Shown in pieces: positions 11,618-26,487 of a DNA stretch of 64,000 nucleotides (position 1 is its first letter; the number at the start of each line of letters is the position of its first letter). The translations under genes and the position numbers were made by a program. Where the stretch lies: contig NC_042997.1 of NCBI RefSeq assembly GCF_006345805.1, positions 174,716,001-174,780,000 on the forward strand, in the 5' to 3' direction. The stretch comes from Octopus sinensis. Its lineage: Eukaryota. A model generated the notes under the pieces. The model was given only the letters and a program-made list of their open reading frames with translations. It was not told where the DNA came from and made no database searches.

Positions 11618-12689
11618 GTATTCATATAATCTACCAGTGCTAAGGTTATCTCCTTTACTGAATATTTCTCTGTTGCCAGAATGTTTAATTGCCAGATACC
11701 CACTTCTTGCATTTGTAGCATTTGCTCATTCTTAAAAACCGCTTCCATATACTGAAGAGTTACCGCCCTTCGCTAGTGATTTGAGTACCTCTGTTGCTGC
11801 TGCTGTTTTTGTTTTTTTTTCCATATATATAAAGTCGTTGTAATTTAGACCCTGAGCAACTCTGGCTAAGCAGATTTATGCTCAAATGTATTCAAACCAT
11901 GATCAAGCTGTTTGTGTTTTTCCGTGTGCAGAGAACCCAAGGCTGCATTATGCTTCCAATGTGTCCATTTTAAAGGTTTTAAGGTGCAATGTAAGGATGG
12001 TTTAACTGTTACTTCTAGCAGATCTATCAACCACATAGAGGCACCCTCGTTAACTCAAGAACGTTGGTAGATGTAATTAGGGTATTGGAAGTTGCGTGTG
12101 TACGTCTATGCATGTGTGTTTTTATGGACATTTGTGAACTGGAAAAAGAGAGGGAGAAAGAGAGACGGGAAGGAGAGAAAGATTGAGAAAGAGAGAGAGA
12201 GGAGGGAGAGGGTGGGAGAGGGGAGATATAGGGGAGAAAGAGGGTGAGAGTAATAGAGTGAGGGAATGGAGGAGGGAGTAGGAAATTTAAAAGCAGAAAC
12301 AGGAATAAACTTGCAGAAGTTAAACACACGTACACACACATGCACACACACATACACAAGCACACACAGACACACACACACACACACACTCACACACACA
12401 CACACAAGTACACACAGAGACACACACATATAGACATGCAACAACACATACACACGATGCTTGTAACACGAAGGGGAGAAAAAAATTAAATAAAGCAGAT
12501 TAATATTCCATGCACCACCACCACCACCACCACCACCAATATCACCATCACCTACAACCCCCACCTCGCCCCACCCCACCCCACCACCTTCATTTACCAC
12601 TGCGGCTCTGTAACCAATCGATCTACTACAATTACAGTCGCTACTACCATGTTAACATAAATTAAAATTAATTAATGAAAACATCTCCT

Positions 12690-12722
12690 TTGTTGCTGGT
12701 GTTCTTGCTGTTGTTGTTATCG

Positions 12723-12754
<32 letters not shown>

Positions 12755-12911
12755 ATTGTTGTTGTTGTTGTTGTTGTTGTCGTCGTCGTCGTCGTCATCG
12801 TTGCTGGTGTTGTCGTTGCCCTTGTGCGGGTTCTTATTCTTGTTGCTTTTGTTGTTGTTGCTTTTGTTGTTGTTTTTGTTGTTGTTGTTGTTGTTGTTGT
12901 TGATGATGATG

Positions 12912-12947
<36 letters not shown>

Positions 12948-12960
12948 TTGTTGTTGTTGC
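12690..12960. repeat. Compound (GTT)n/(GTC)n/(GAT)n microsatellite
   Basis: Direct inspection; explains the poly-L/T/N ORFs. Confidence 0.9.
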
Positions 12961-13740
12961 ATGGCAAAGGCAAACTAACAGTTTGCAAAGAAGCATGGTG
13001 GCAATAGAAATTGGTTGGGGAGGGGGTCAAGTTTCTTTTTGACAGTTTCAATTGCATTCTCTCTATTTTCTCCTTGCGGTCGGACTCATGGACATGTATT
13101 GGAGAGAACGACAATGCGACACCCACCTTGATACACGCACGTATTTACTGAGAGAGAGACAGACAGACAGAGACAGAGACAGAGACAGACAGACAGATAG
13201 ACAGAGACAAAGCGAGAGACAGACAGAAAGAGAGAAACAAAGAGCAAAGGTGCTGAGAAGGAAGCATGCTTAAGAGGGGTTAATAGCAGAGTGAAGAACT
13301 GGTGTTGTGCTTAGCCCTAAGTCCGCCCCAATGGAGCAGCCTTCCGATCAAAGGCGTTCCATTCGTAATCACCGTGCTTTGACTCCAGACTACATTATTC
13401 AGAGTAATCTGGTGCTACTCCATGCAACATGTCCTTCAATGTTTAAAGATCTCAGATCAGTGTTTTCTTAAATTTTTCTCCGCATTACTGATTCACTATT
13501 TCGATTCCTCACTCATCCTCATCCATCACAATTAAAAAATCTTAGTTGTGTACACAGTAGAATTCAGTGCATAACATTAATAGCTTCACATTAATATAAA
13601 GCAGTATTTCTCCATTGGGGTTCGTATGACATTTGAGGCTCCATATAAGGCTTTTGGGGAACCATGCAAGCAAAACTGCATATTGAAAATCCACAGTAGT
13701 ATTCTAAGCATCAATGTGTAAAAGCGCGTATTTTATTAAC

Positions 13741-14035
13741 CCTCTATATTCACCAGATATTGCTCCTTTGGATTTCCACTTATTCAGGTCTCTGCAGAAT
13801 AGTCTTAATGGTAAAAATTTCAATTCCTTGGATGACGTAAAAAGATACCTTGATGAATTCTTTGCTATGAAACCACCTCAATTCTGGGAAGAGGATATTT
13901 TCAAGTTAAAGGAAAAATGGAGACGCATTGTGCAACAAAATGGTTCATATTTGGTTGATTAAAAATGTAACGGCAAGTATTTATTGACCTTTTTCTTTCC
14001 TTTAAAAATCGGCACGAACTTTCCGGACAACCCAG
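13741..14035 (+). mobile_element. Mariner transposon 3' fragment (transposase C-terminus plus right TIR)
   Basis: PLYSPDIAPLDFHLFRSLQN (YSPDLAPxD motif) to WRRIVQQNGSYLVD*; ends aaatcggcacgaactttccggacaacccag|TA. Confidence 0.85.
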
Positions 14036-15013
14036 TATAAACTAGTTATAACCATGGTTATGATTATTTTACCATAGTAAAATAGTAACTTAAACAAAAC
14101 TTGACTTAAACAGGATTCGAATAATCCTATCAGGTGGTGCTATTAAGTTAGACATGGCCTGGACCAATCTTTGGTCGAAACATATCTAAGTTTATCTAAG
14201 TTTATCTAAGTTAATCAAATGAATACATAACTAAAAAATGGTTGAGAACGACTGATATAAAGACTGATTTAGCTCCCAGTCAATTTTAACTGATCAAATC
14301 TATGATGAAAGGCATTCCAGCTATGACTGTACCATATTCTTCTTGTGTTCAGAAAAACCAGAGTGACATTATCCAACAAACGCGTCCTTTTTTAAGGCTG
14401 TGATGTAAAGAAGATTCAACGGTTCCCAGAGATCGAACGAACACATTGATGGTCCCTCGTTGAATTATTAACAATATATTAACACTAACGTGTTTAAATC
14501 AACGTTGAGGAAAGTAAATTTAACAAAAGCAGTGCATTAATCCCCACTAGATACCACAAATTACCCATACAAATCCCAAATTCAATCCCTAGACTCCGGG
14601 AATTTCCCCCAATTATAGAATTGCGGCGTGGGGATTTATTTTGTGATGGATTTTGCTACTATTTCTAAGAAGAGCGATCTTTTGTTGACTGAAGTGGAAC
14701 AAAAGTTATTTGATTACCTATAGTTGAATAGTTGAATATTTGTTATTTTGTAAAAAAGATTTGGTAGTCTTTAGAATGTTTGCTTGGGGATTATTTTCAA
14801 GATCGTTTCACCATTATTTGCACCTTGCAAAAACCCCTTCCTATCCACCTTTCCCATTCCAACCAAATCTCCCAACCTGTCTTATCAAACCACCAAACTA
14901 TTAAATGCTGCTGTTCTTTGATTGCCTGCTCAATTGAAGACGCAAATTTTAATAAAGCTTATGTGTCGTGGATGATGCGAATTCTGACGTTTCTGACTAG
15001 GTTCTTTCCTCGG

Positions 15014-15064
<51 letters not shown>

Positions 15065-15082
15065 ACCAGCAGCAGCACCAGT

Positions 15083-15126
<44 letters not shown>

Positions 15127-15149
15127 TAGTAACAGCAGCAGCGCCACCC

Positions 15150-15188
<39 letters not shown>

Positions 15189-15207
15189 TAGTAGTAGTAG
15201 TAGTAGT
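15014..15207. repeat. Compound (AGT)n/(AGC)n microsatellite
   Basis: Direct inspection. Confidence 0.9.
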
Positions 15208-15830
15208 TCATAACCAGTTGAGGGTCAGCTTCTTTACCCCGAATGACGTTTTACAATTGCCCCTTCTTTTTACAGTAGTTTTCTGTTCATATTTTCTTAT
15301 ACTCTCTCATCCGGCATGTGCCCCTTTTCTAGATATTTGCATGAACTGAGTGAGGAACCATCTAGGTCAAAATTTTATAGGAATTACCAAAGTTGGCGAA
15401 GAAGTGCATAACGAATTTATACTGGACCTTATCGCATCAATTTTCATGTTTCTGCTCCCTAGTCAATCTCCAAATCGTAATCCCGGCAAATATAGTTTTA
15501 AAAATGTGTTCAAAATATAAGTAATGTCTATCAGCAATTTATATGATTATATGCTGAGCAAACTCTGGGTTATTCAAAAACAGAAATCAGTGAAACGGAA
15601 ACGGAACGCAGCGGAACTGCATTCAAATATTGATGGCTATAATAATTAGCTGTGAAAAATCAATTGAAACAGCAATTACATACATATATTGACAAAATTA
15701 AGATATTGATCACAAATGAAGTTTTATTTTCCGACCCTTAAAATTCTATTCTTGTATTTATTTTATTCTTTTAGTAGTTTTGATCGTAAGGACTGCGCCC
15801 ATGCTGGATGACATATATATATATATACAT

Positions 15831-16258
<428 letters not shown>

Positions 16259-16262
16259 ATAT

Positions 16263-16410
<148 letters not shown>

Positions 16411-16609
16411 GTACTACGTACGTACGTAGTTAGTGAAGAGACCGTCAGTTAAGAGACAGATTGAAACGAGAGATAGCAAAAATTAAGAAATGGAAGAGAG
16501 AGAGAGAGAGTCAAGATGGCGACCACGATGACGTCATTTTCAACAAGCAGAGGAATGTTTTCTCTTTTTTTCCTGCTGTTAGTGTAGTTGTTTTCAGTGT
16601 CAATAGTAG

Positions 16610-17381
16610 AGTGAGGGGTGCATGTGTTGGGTTGAATACTGTCAGTTGTAGTTATAATGGCTGTGATAGCAGGGTTGCAGTTGATGTTTAGAACGGGGCG
16701 GAGCCATAGTTACATGTGATGAGGCTGTGTAGGGAGGGAGGGAGGGAGGGATGGTGTTGGTAGCACCTGTACTTGTAGTGGTGTTGGTGTTGGTGTTGGT
16801 AGTAGTTAGGTGTGTATTCGTTGTTGAACAATGGTAGTGGTGACAGTTATAGTAGAGTGGTGGTATTGGTGATGTTTGTTGGTGGTGATGGAAGTTTGTT
16901 CCGATAATGAAAGTAGATGTTATAGTAGATTTGGTGGTAGTGTGATGGTTCCTGCGGTTGTGGTGTTTGTGGTGGCTGTGGTTATTGCTGGTGGCGATGA
17001 AAGTAGTTGTGGTAGTACTGGCAGTTGTAGAATGGTGATACTTGTAATGGTGTTGGTGGTGGTTGGTGGTGGTGCTGCTACTGCTGCAATTGGTATTGCT
17101 TGTGGTGGCAATGGTGTTGGTGGTGACTTGTAGTATCAGTTTGTTACCTGAGTCGTGAAGATGGTATGGTTTTGTGGTGGTCATAGTTACATGAGTATTA
17201 GTTGTAAAAGACGTGGTGGTGGTGGTGGTGGTTCTCATTGTCGTAGTCGTGGCGGTCGTAGTTGCTAATGATTACGGTGATTGCAGCAGGTAAGAATCAA
17301 CATAGTTACACGAACAGTGTATGTAGTGGTAGCAGTGGTCACAAAAAATAGCTTTGGTGGTGGTGATAGTAGTAGTAGTAA

Positions 17382-17445
<64 letters not shown>

Positions 17446-17780
17446 TTGGGTGGTTATAGTTAAAACGACGAGTAACTGTGGAGGTGATAGTAGTTGTTGG
17501 TAGGAATGATAAAAGTACTATTGGTCATGTTGCTAAGCTCATTAGTGGTGATGGTTAAGGGCGATGACGAGAGAAGTAGTTTGTCGGCGTAGTGGTAGTG
17601 ATGGCGTTGGCGGTGATCATAATTATATAAGTTTGTGGTCGTAAGAATGGTAGTTGATGATAATTTGGCACTAATGACGATATTTGTAGTTGTGGCTAGC
17701 GTAGTAGTGCTTATAGTTACATGAGTGGTGGTTGTGGTGGTTGTGGTGGTGGTTGTGGTGGTTGTGGTGGTAGTAGTGTT
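16610..17780. repeat. Degenerate (GTN)n/(GGT)n low-complexity region
   Basis: Mixed gtt/ggt/agt triplets; recurring atagttaca(t/c)g motif. Confidence 0.7.
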
Positions 17781-17840
17781 TGTGCAGATAGTGACGGTGA
17801 TCTAAGTTAAATGAGTAGGTGTTTGCGGAAGTGGTTGGTG

Positions 17841-18010
17841 TTATTTCTTATTTCTTTATTGCCCACAATAGGCTAAACATAGAGGGGACAAACAAGGACA
17901 GACAAAGGGATTAAGTCGATAACATCGACCCTAGTGCGTAACTGATACTTAATTTATCGACCCTGTAACGATGAAAGGCAAAGTCGACCTCGGTGGAATT
18001 TGAGCTCTGA
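17841..18010 (-). mobile_element. SINE with Tx1-like tail, 5'-truncated
   Basis: tttctttattgcccacaataggctaaacatagaggggacaaacaagg...gtcgacctcggtggaatttga. Confidence 0.85.
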
Positions 18011-18974
18011 TTAAGTAGTCTGAAGGTGCGCTGGTAATCGGCCGAACGACTGGGTGCAACCCTCAGACCTAACGAATCGTCCTAAAGGGTTCAGTGTAAC
18101 AGTCTACACATGTTGTATTCTCTCCACTGTCGAGTCTATTTCTGTACGCCTGCAGATTCAGAGATGGCCACAGTGAAGGTGAACAAGGTAGACTTGGTCA
18201 GGGTGCATATGTATGTGTTTCCATGTTTTTCTGGGATATTTTAGGAGCTGTTGTTGCTTTGCTCAGGTGTCGTACATAAATCTGTTTTTAGAAAGTGATT
18301 TTTGTTATAGTGTCAGTGACTAATGAAGCCTGAAGTTTGGTGCAGTTATAACCTGTGCCACTCGTACGTCCAAAGGATTTTTCATTTTTGGCACTTTTGT
18401 TTTATTGAGTAGATGGTCATCAGGCGTAATGCGAAGAGCGTTGTTTTATGTGCTTCATCGTGGGAAGATTGGGGCCCGAACAGGACTAGCAGAATTTATA
18501 ATGGATCTATTGCTTGTACACCATTTGTATTGTGATTCCTATAGTTGCTCTAAGTATGTTTGATCTGTGCTTTATTTTACTTCGTGTCTACTTTCTGCTG
18601 TAAAGGAGTTAGTTATATTTTTGATACGTTTATCTTCAACATGTAGAAAATTTCTCTGTTGTAGAGAGTAAAAGTTCTATTGGTTTTGCTGGTCAGAAGG
18701 GAGACAGACAACGTCGTGGTTGCTACTTTTAAGATTGTTGTTGTGGAGCCAGGATTTACATGATGTATATACAGCTGGAGTAGTTGTACAGAAGGAATGG
18801 TGAGAGGATATGAGTGTGATATCATTTGTGCATGAGGTTGTGTATGCTCTGATTAGGAGTGAGAAGATTGTGAAGGTAGGTTTGAAAAGCGTAGAAGGGA
18901 GGACGGATATATCTGGTAATCCATTCAAGAAACTGCAAGATCTGAAAGTATGGTTATTTACGCTATAGAGGCTC

Positions 18975-19385
18975 GCTGTCTTCCAGTCAGTGTTTGCATT
19001 GTTTCGATGTTACTCTTTACTTGTTTCAGTCATTTGACTGTGACCATGCTGGAGCACCGCCTTTAGTCGAGAAAATCGACCCCAGGTCTTATTCTTTGTA
19101 AGCCTAGTAGTTATTCTATCGGTCTCTTTTGCCGAACCGCTAAGTTACGGGGACATAAACACACCAGCATCGGTTGTTAAGCGATGTTGGGGGGACAAAC
19201 ACAGACACACAAATATATACACGCACACATACATATATATATACATATATACGACGGGCTTCTTTCAGTTTCCATTTATCAAATCCACTAATAAGGCTTG
19301 GGTCGGCCCAAGGCTATAGTAGCAAACACTTGTCCAAGGTGCCACGCAGTGGGACAGAACCGGAACCATGTGGTTCGTAAGCAAG
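18975..19385 (-). mobile_element. CORE-like SINE
   Basis: Reverse complement of the 10726 family from tail (ttacttgtttcagtcatttgactg) to head (ggaaccatgtggt...gtaagcaagctactt). Confidence 0.9.
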
Positions 19386-20317
19386 CTACTTGAGTATTTT
19401 TTTCGTAGATGTCTTGGAATGGGATCAAAATCTTGCTGAACACAACAGTAGTTGGAAAGGTACATAACCATCATGTATTTTCTGTTAGGTTTGTAAATAG
19501 CGCGGTGATTCAGCGTTGAGGTCTGTGTAGTGATTTAGAGAGAAGATTTGTGGGTTACCGGTAATAAAAATCAACCGCTTTTCTATAATTTTTGAAAAGG
19601 TAAATACAAGAGTGACGAGTAAGTGATGGTACTTTCCTAGAAATTTTGCTAGGCTTTAGAACTGTTGTTATTTTACCCAGCTTCTTAATTCTGGAAATTT
19701 GGCAGTATTGGTGAATACATTAATTCCTTCATGTTTTAGAAATGAATTTACAATTTTAAGAGAGCCTGAGAGTTTTTAGTTTTTAGTTTGTCCTTCTTAA
19801 TTTTGCATGATTGCTGGAAGGAATGAGTTAAAATCATAATCCATGCGGAAGATGCGACCAATTTTTAAGAAATGAGATAAGTTAGTTTGCTTGGTGTTTC
19901 TGTGTAGTTATATGAGGTGAGACAAGGGAGACATCGTGGCCAGTAATGCTGTTGTTGATGTTGGTAATTATTTTATATATTTTAGTTTGCTTTATGGTTT
20001 ATATTGAATACAAATGTTTGCCACTTTTTCGAGGGAGTTTCTTTTCATAATTCCTTGTTTAGTTGTTTGATGTTTTATCCTTTCACATTTACTTGTTTCG
20101 GTCATTAGACTATGGCCATGCTGGGGCATCGCCTTCTAGAATGTTTTAGTCGAATGAACCAATGCCAGTACATTTTTTTTTTAAACTGGTACTTATTCTA
20201 TCGATTTCTTTTGCCGAATCGCTAAGATACGAGGACGTAAGCACACCAACAGTGTTATGAAGCAGTGGTGAAAGACAATGACACACACACACACACACAC
20301 GGGTGGTGGTGGTTCTG

Positions 20318-20462
20318 GTTTCAAATTCCGCCGAGGTCGACTTTGCTTTTCATCTTTTCGTTTCCGATAAAAAAAAAAGTAGCAGTGGAACATTGGGGTC
20401 GATGTAATCGACCTTCCCACTGACCCGATCTTGCTGGCTTCGTGCCAAAATTTGAAACCAAT
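20318..20462 (+). mobile_element. SINE fragment (same core as 8556-8762)
   Basis: ttcaaattccgccgaggtcgactttgc...gtgccaaaatttgaaacc. Confidence 0.65.
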
Positions 20463-20568
20463 GTTTTCTCGTATAAATATGTATGATTTAATTTAATACG
20501 TGAGCGGCTAACATTAGCAAATCAGGATAGGCGTTGATGCTCTTTTCTAATAAGTATATAATCAATTA

Positions 20569-20782
20569 CTCTTTTACTTGTTTCAGTCATTTAACTGTGG
20601 CCATGCTGGAGCACCACCTTTAGTCGAGCAAATTGACCCCAGGACTTATTCTTTGTAAGCCTAATACTTATTCTATTGGTCTCTTTTGCCGAACCGCTAA
20701 GTTACGGGGATGTAAACACAGCAGCATCGGTTGTCAAGCGATGTCGGGGGGGGGGACAAACATAGGTACAAACATACACGCA

Positions 20783-20878
<96 letters not shown>

Positions 20879-21040
20879 GACGGGCTTCTTTCAGTTTCCG
20901 TCTACCAAATCCACTCACAAAGTTTTGGTCGGCCCGAAGCTATAGTAGAAGACACTTGCCCAAGGTACCACGCAGTGAGACTGAAACCGAAACCATGTGG
21001 TTGGTAAGCAAGCTACTTACCACAGACCCACTCCTACGCC
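20569..21040 (-). mobile_element. CORE-like SINE, full length
   Basis: Tail at 20569; head ggcgtaggagtgg at 21040. Confidence 0.9.
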
Positions 21041-21493
21041 TATTTAGATTTAATTATATTATATTTATTTAATTATTATATCTAAATTTAATTATTATAT
21101 ATCTATTTATTTAAATTCAATGTTCTCTGCGAAGATGAAGAATTGTTGAACATCTCAGATGACGGAGAATTATTCCGAAAACGAATCTGTAAGATTGCCA
21201 ATTATTTTTGTGTGTTTAAGAGAACAACAGGATGTATTCATATAATGTCAATCTCCATAGCTAATATCTTTCCTCCAGTTTGTTTACTCAAAACCTCTTA
21301 CATAGGTGCAGGCAAGGTAATGTGGGCAAGAAGCTTGTTTTGCAACTCCTGGTTTCGGGTTCAGTCCCACTGCTCGGCACCTTCGGCCAGTGTCTCCTAC
21401 TATAGCCTCTCATCAACTAACGATATGTGAGTGGATGTGGTAAATGGAAACTGTGTGGAAGCCTGTTGTATAAAAACACACGCATTTATATAA

Positions 21494-21792
21494 GTATGTA
21501 TGTATGTATGTATGTATGTATGTATGTATGTATGTATGTATGTATGTATGTATGTATGTATGTATGTATATAGGTATATGTAAGCATGCCATTCTTCATT
21601 TTTATTAAAGATTTCTTGGCAATAGAGAAAGAGCCGGGTTCTAACCTAGATACGAGGCACCTTTATTGGAATATCATCGTCAACAACAGGGTTTTTTGCT
21701 TGTATGTATGTACGTATGTATGTATGTCTGGATGGATGGTGGATGGATGGATGGATGGATGGATGGATGGATGGATGGATGGATGGATGGAT
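21494..21792. repeat. (TATG)n and (GATG)n microsatellites
   Basis: Direct inspection; a further (TATG)n lies at ~21937-22053. Confidence 0.85.
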
Positions 21793-23331
21793 GTGTAAAG
21801 ATTTGTATATTTTGCTTTATCTATGTATTCTCATGCATATAGCTGCATATCTAGACTTGCTCATATATACTTAAATGATAAACTTCTGGAAAGTTTTACA
21901 GATCTTTACAGTTCCAGTGATGGATTGGATCTGTAATGTATGTATGTATGTATGTATGTATGTGTGTGTGTGTATGTATGTATGCATGTATGTATGTATG
22001 TATGTATGTATGTATGTATGTATTATGTATGTATGTATGTATGTATGTATGTATGCTTGTCTTTATGTTTGTCTCACACACACCGCTTGCCAACTGAGGT
22101 TGGTTTGTTTACGTTCCTGTCGGCTAGCAGTTCAGCAAAAAGCGAGCGATAGAATAAATACCAGATTTTTTTTTTTTTGATAAGCACTGGAGTTGATTTG
22201 TGAAACTAAAGCCTTCAAGGCCATGTTGGGGGACCACCTTGAAGGCAATCCCCCAACATGGCCGCACTTCGATGACTGAAATAACTAAACAACAAACGAT
22301 ATCAATGAGTCAGTTCATACAGTTTTGTTCAGCTGTAATTTTCGGCTATATTACAAAACATCTGTCTTGCTAACTAGAATTGCAACTAAATACTGATAAT
22401 CACATCAATGATTCTCAACAGTTATTATTCCTATTTATCTCTAGAAAATAACAATCTATCGTAGATTCATGTCTCAGTCTTAGACCGAGATCTTAATACA
22501 TGCTTTGACTGTTTCGACACTGAATATGTTTAAATATTTATTTGTTTGCATCAGGGATCAAATATCAATAAATCACAATGAGTTAGAAAAATTATGCAGC
22601 GTCTCATATTTAATATGCACGGTTGCAAGAATGTCATTTGTTACTATACTAAACATCACTGTTTCTTTATTGATTCTAAAATGTTATGAAATATTCTTTT
22701 AATTATTTATAAACGTCTGTATATTTACGCAATGCTCTGTTGTAGAAATATACTAACAAGCTCACTTGCTATGCTACGCTGGGGTAATATTTATAGAATT
22801 TATTTGTTTCTTGTAAGATCTTGTACGGACACGACTATTGATAACTAATTAGCAAACTTTATTAATCCACTCAAATATATACGACACTTTGTTTAAATTC
22901 AATCTTTAATTATTTCGAAAATTTGCCAATATGTAGTCATACAACTAATCCCCACTCCCTAAAATTACTGGCCTTGTGCCAAAATTTGAAATCGTTTTTA
23001 TTACTATTATCTTAATCTATTTTATTATGATATTATTATCAGGTCTGTAAGGGTGGCACACATGGTAACGTGCTGAACTGTTGATTAAAGACGGAGCTCA
23101 AATACTGCATGTTTGCTTTGACAGTTTCATTTTAATCCAAACTTGATCTGCAGAAAATATTTACTATATTCAGTTCTATAGACTATAGCTGTCCCAACAC
23201 AACATTTATGCGTCTGTGTAGGTAGGTGTCAATTATATTATGCAATAGAGATTCATGCAGGATCAAGAGGTAACGTAGCAGGGAGAGACATCAACAGCAG
23301 AACTTAGTATATAGGGTAAATGCCTGAATTA

Positions 23332-24598
23332 CGAGGGACGTTCAATAAGTAATGCCTCTGACCCACTTGCATTAGTTTGATCTAGCTGAAATTTTGCATG
23401 TGCAATTATTTATATCTCTATAGAGTAAGCTCTGAATTAATTGTGGTTTCTGATTTACAGGTGTTTGAACCGAGTCAAGTGTGAAATGGAGCCTGTTGAG
23501 TGTCGAGCAGTGATCCGGTTTTTGTATTTGAAAGGACGCACACCACGGGAGACTTTTGATGAAATGAAAGTAACTTATGGTGATGATGCCCCATCATATG
23601 ACCTTGTAAAACGCTGGCATCGTGAATTCAAAAATGGTCGGAACTCTGTGGAAACAGCTCCCAGATCTGGTCGCCCCTTCTGCCATTGATGAGGCATCTG
23701 TCCGTCAAGTTGAGGCTGCCATTTTGGAAGATCGACGCATAATTATTCGCCAAATAGCCCATGAGGTCAAGATTAGTACTGGGTCTGTGGAAACTATCAT
23801 TTATAACCATTTGCATATGCAAAAGGTGTCTGCCAGATGGATTCCCAGGTTGCTCACGCCTTTCCAGAAGCAAGAACGCGTCGAGTGCTCGAGGGTGAAT
23901 TTGGAGATGTGCCAAGAAGATGAGTCAAAATTTTTCAAAAGACTGATTACACAGGATGAAACCTGGGTCCATCACGATTATCCAGAGACCAAAGCCCAGT
24001 CAATGCAGTGGAAGCACCGTGACTCACCCCCTCCAAAGAAGGCAAGGGTGCTGGCAAGGTCATGCTCACAGTCTTCTGGGACCAGGACGGAGTAGTGATG
24101 ACAGATTTCCTGGCAAAGGGTACCACAATTGCAGGAGCCTATTATGCTTCACTTTTGAGGAAATTAAGAGAAGTTATCTAAATCAAGAGGCGGGGCAAGA
24201 TCAGCAAAGGCATCCTCCTCCTGCAGGACAACACTACGGTCCACAACTCGCTTGTCGCCAGATCAGAAGCACAGGCCTATGGCTATGAACTCCTCCCCCA
24301 TCCTACTACTTTCCTGACCTTGCACCCTCTGATTTTCACCTCTTCCCAGTCATTAAGTTGTTTTTGAAAGGAAAGCGTTTCCCAAATGATGCAGCCTTGA
24401 TTTCTGAAGTCACGTTCAGGTTGGAGGACCAAGCTGGGGTCTTCTACAAAAACGGTCTCCAGAGCTGCATCAAACAATGGGAGAAATGCGTAACTCTGGG
24501 TGGTTCCTATGTAGAAAAAGACTAATAACTGTGCCAAGTTTCGTTTCTCTACTGCTATGGGAAGTGGGTCAGGGGCATTACTTATTGAACGCCCCTCG
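23332..24598 (+). mobile_element. Full-length mariner transposon (irritans/Hsmar2-like), TA TSD
   Basis: TA|CGAGGGACGTTCAATAAGTAATGCCTCTGACCCACTT ... AAGTGGGTCAGGGGCATTACTTATTGAACGCCCCTCG|TA: 37-bp TIRs with 2 mismatches; length 1267 bp. Confidence 0.95.
23486..24525 (+). pseudogene. Mariner transposase, frameshifted
   Basis: MEPVECRAVIRFL...; WIPRLL (WVPHEL-type motif); ITQDETWVHH; split over ORFs 23441, 23622 and 23956. Confidence 0.9.
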
Positions 24599-25404
24599 TA
24601 TAAATGTTTTATGACATTGCCCCCTTTCTTACTCCTAATCTATTCCATCCAGTGCAATCTACAAATCTTAGCGAACATTTTGTTCGAGCTGTGGATAGTT
24701 TCCGAAGTCTATATCTTTGTACATCTGCAAAATATGAGGATGTTTTTTCTTTTCTATCAATTCCTAACTGTCGAACACGGCTTTTATGTATTTAAACGTT
24801 ACGATCAAGAAGTTATTAAATGATTTTTCAAACTTTTGTAGAATGTCGTAAGTTCATTGCATGAATCATTTCTTCGACAGATTTTGTCATTAAAATAATC
24901 AACCTCGGACTTTCTGACTTTGAGACACTTAAGATGCTTTGTAACAGTTTTATTTATCGTACAACAAGGTATTACGAGGAGGACAATGAATAATTCCAGA
25001 TGCAGGATGTTTTGATTGCGACTTTTGAGGTAACATTCGACATTCACATTGACAGCCTTAAAAGAACAGAGTCGAGTTGGTTTAACTGCAGATCATTTCC
25101 TAATTGACAAAACCTGTAATCAAAGCATTCTAACTAACCATGAGCATCTTTGTATCTAGGACTACATTATCTAATGCTTTTTCTTTTAATTTATTTTGGT
25201 AATACTTATTTAGACTTATGTTCTCCCGCATTGTAAAACCCATAATGCACCAATCTTTTTGCAGTGTATTCGTTCAATCGTGGTCCTTTTGGCGCTTGCC
25301 CAACTGGCCGTCAATCATTTGCAATCTTCCAGGAACGCCGACTCCCAGGATTTCTTGGGAGCCGGTTCTTATCTTATTTTCTGGAGTCCGCACCATTAGG
25401 TAAA

Positions 25405-25626
25405 AATAAAGTTATCGAGTCATGTCGACTCAAAAGGCCTGTTTCCCGGTTTCATGGCTTATGAATTCCACACCAGGACGGAACGCCGGTCTTACGCAGA
25501 ATTACTCATTTTTGCCAGCTGAGTGAAATGGAACAACGTGAAATCAAGAACACAATGCATTGCCCGGTTCAGGAATCGAAACCACAATCTGAGTCCAACA
25601 ACTTAACCAATAAGCCATGCGCCTCC
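25405..25626 (-). mobile_element. tRNA-derived SINE (third family), decayed
   Basis: Minus head ggaggcgcatggcttattggttaag...ggtttcgattcctgaaccgggc matches the head of 61334-61625. Confidence 0.7.
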
Positions 25627-26213
25627 TCAAGTCACGTGCCTCCACAGTCCACGCCATTGCATTCCTTGGTTGCTGAGTGGCTGGCAGATGCAAACTGTGA
25701 TCACCTATCAAGTGAAATCGGCGTAGCACTTATTTCTAGTAGATCTAGAAAACAATTAGAGACTTCTATGTTATCTTACTAGAAAAGAAAAGAGCATTGA
25801 TAATGTTGGTAAAGTCTTTTAAACTGTGGCTACATCGCAATCATTAAAAAAAAAATTTTTTTTAGAAATTATACGCAAGAAGACACCTGAAAAAAATGTA
25901 TTCCTTTTGTGTATATATCGTTCATGTAATGTTTTTGTTGGTTGGGAGTTAATATTTTAAATTAACATTTTGGAAATGTGAGTTGGAAAAGCGATCAACT
26001 ATGCAGAAGTTGCTATTTTGTTTCAAATAAGTGCCCTTAAATCTTTTCGGACACAGAACTCCAAGACATATGAAAGAGAAATTAAGACATGAAAACAAAG
26101 GAATTAAGGGAATTAAGGCAAAATTGAAACAAGTTTCGAATTCAATTTAATCGGAGGTGACCACGTGACGACAATAGCATGGTCATTTAAATCCACCGAC
26201 CAATATTTTTTAC

Positions 26214-26368
26214 CGACCCCAGTGCGTAACTGGTACTTATTTAATCGACCCCGAAAGGATGAAAGGCAGAGTCGACCTCGGCGGAATTTGAACTCAGAAC
26301 GTAACGACAGACGAAATACGGCTACGCATTTCGCCCGGTGTGCTAACGTTTCTGCCAGCTCGCCGCCT
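26214..26368 (-). mobile_element. SINE (Tx1-tail family), head and core without tail
   Basis: cgaccccagtgcgtaactggtac...ctgccagctcgccgcct. Confidence 0.85.
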
Positions 26369-26487
26369 TTTTGCAGCACATTACCTGTTTATGTATTTTC
26401 TCAACGCCATTTTCTCAAAGCTGCAATATTTTTTACTGTTTTATTGGTACCCCAGCATAACTGCAGCTTTGACGATAGACAGACAGA

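Noticed and set aside
16642-17238. 198-aa T/H-rich ORF resembling a mucin
   Set aside because: It lies in degenerate triplet-repeat DNA, with no splice or signal-peptide support.
17990-20080. Possible decayed Penelope/LINE coding remnant interrupted by a SINE
   Set aside because: The composition is suggestive, but no diagnostic RT or GIY-YIG motif could be read with confidence.
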